A stretch of DNA of 64,000 nt from an uncultured Phycisphaeraceae bacterium (GTDB lineage: Bacteria > Planctomycetota > Phycisphaerae > Phycisphaerales > Phycisphaeraceae). The notes beneath the pieces were generated by a model. The model was not told the origin of the DNA. It searched no databases and was given only the letters and a program-made list of their open reading frames with translations. Below are positions 62,858-64,000 of the stretch, piece after piece. The position numbers and the translations under genes were made by a program. The stretch spans positions 8,542-72,541 of the forward strand of contig CAZVBW010000001.1 in assembly GCA_964625505.1 (NCBI GenBank). The letters run 5' to 3'. Position 1 is the first letter of the stretch. Every line of letters starts with the position of its first letter.

Positions 62858-63988
62858 ATGCCCATCCCCCGCCGCATCGCCGTCGTCACCGGCACCCGCG
62901 CCGAGGCCGGCCTGCTGCGGCCGGTAATGCACGCCATCGCCGACCACCCGGACCTGCAGCTGCAGCTGGTCGTCGCCGGGATGCACCTGGTCCACTACAC
63001 GCACCGCGACCTGCCCTTCACCCCCGCCGCCGATGTCCCCATGCAGCACCCGGGCCACACCGGCCGGCTCGCCGACGCCCGGGCCCTGGGCCGCGGCATC
63101 GCCGGCTTCGCTGACGCCTTCGACACGCTGGACCCCGACGCGGTGCTCGTCCTGGGTGATCGCATCGAGGCCTTCGCCGCTGCCAGTGCCGCCAGCATCG
63201 CGGGCCACCTGCTGGTTCACATGCACGGCGGAGACCGCGCCCAGGGCGTCGCCGACGAGGCCATGCGCCACGCCATCACCAAGCTCGCCCACCTGCACCT
63301 ACCCGCGACCGCCCAGAGCCGACGCCGCATCCTCCGCATGGGCGAACCGGCCGACCGCGTCCACCGCGTCGGCTCACCCGCGGTCGACGGCCTGGGCGAG
63401 GTCCGCCCCGCCGACGACGCCCCCGCCTGCATCGTGATGCAACACCCCGTCGGCGACCCGCCCGACCTCGAACGCCAACGGATGCATGCCATCCTCAAAG
63501 CCACCGACCGCTTCACCCATACCGCATCCGCTTCTGCTGCCGGGGGCGGGGGCGGGGTCTGGGGCGGGGGTCGCCTGGTCATGGCCCCCAACGCCGACCC
63601 CGGCCGCGAAGGCATCACCCAAGCCATCACCGACCACGGCATCACCCCCGTCAACCACCTGCCCCGCGACCGTTGGCTCGCCACACTCAGGGCCGCCCGC
63701 GTCCTGGTCGGCAACAGCTCCGCCGGCCTCATCGAAGCGGCCGTGCTCAAAACCGCCACCGTCAACATCGGCCGCCGCCAGGCCGGCCGCGAAACCCCCG
63801 CCAACGTCATCAACCTCGCCAGCACTGCCACCCACGACATCACCGCCGCCCTCGACCACGCCCTCACCCTCAACCTCACCCGCCTCCGCCACCCCTACGG
63901 CCGCGGCGACACCGGCCCCCAAACCGCCCACCTCCTCGCCACCCTCAACCTCCAATCCCTCCCCCGCACCAAGCAAAACAGCTACTAG
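62858..63988 (+). CDS. UDP-N-acetylglucosamine 2-epimerase (hydrolysing, NeuC/LegG-like)
   Basis: RIAVVTGTRAEAGLLRPV, VLGDRIEAFAAA, HMHGGDRAQGVADEAMRHAITKLAHLH, VGNSSAGLIEA and NIGRRQAGR follow the NeuC pattern (from memory). There is a Gly-rich insert. Confidence 0.75.
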   Translation: MPIPRRIAVVTGTRAEAGLLRPVMHAIADHPDLQLQLVVAGMHLVHYTHRDLPFTPAADVPMQHPGHTGRLADARALGRGIAGFADAFDTLDPDAVLVLGDRIEAFAAASAASIAGHLLVHMHGGDRAQGVADEAMRHAITKLAHLHLPATAQSRRRILRMGEPADRVHRVGSPAVDGLGEVRPADDAPACIVMQHPVGDPPDLERQRMHAILKATDRFTHTASASAAGGGGGVWGGGRLVMAPNADPGREGITQAITDHGITPVNHLPRDRWLATLRAARVLVGNSSAGLIEAAVLKTATVNIGRRQAGRETPANVINLASTATHDITAALDHALTLNLTRLRHPYGRGDTGPQTAHLLATLNLQSLPRTKQNSY

Positions 63989-64000
63989 CAAGGGCGAAGG

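Overview
Very GC-rich bacterial chromosome segment. The gene content points to Planctomycetota, probably Phycisphaerae-like (inference): many DUF1559/H-X9-DG prepilin-like proteins, PEP-CTERM proteins, a DUF1800/DUF1501 pair and sulfatases. I support about 50 protein genes plus one tmRNA (ssrA). I saw no rRNA, tRNA, CRISPR array, integrase or intact IS.

Layout:
- 1-31.3 kb: three glycan-utilisation-like clusters. They contain GH9-like, GH55-like and GH63-like enzymes, sulfatases, Gfo/Idh/MocA oxidoreductases, and LacI, AraC/XylR and IclR regulators. Each cluster has the same gene pair: a PEP-CTERM protein followed by a DUF1559 pseudopilin.
- 31-57 kb: mostly housekeeping or scattered genes. 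These include truA, a tadB-tadC-FHA operon without an ATPase, a giant DUF1800 protein plus DUF1501, a solitary fliN-like gene, trpE, leuC-type aconitase, murC, a photolyase-related gene and a GT9 gene.
- 58-64 kb: a nonulosonic-acid/Maf-like glycosylation cluster that runs off the window end.

Most interesting observations:
1. The recurring PEP-CTERM / DUF1559 / glycosidase module.
2. At least five families of short GC-rich palindromic (REP/MITE-like) elements. Many sit in frame inside conserved genes (leuC, trpE, murC, photolyase-related, GT9, a permease, the Maf-like gene), reminiscent of Rickettsia palindromic elements. An IS200/RAYT-like gene fragment lies nearby.
3. A radical-SAM-like domain with no cysteine motif inside the glycosylation cluster.

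Limits: the high GC content produces long shadow ORFs in all frames, so most ORF-track entries are rejected. Start codons are approximate. All family assignments rest on motif recognition by eye, not on searches.
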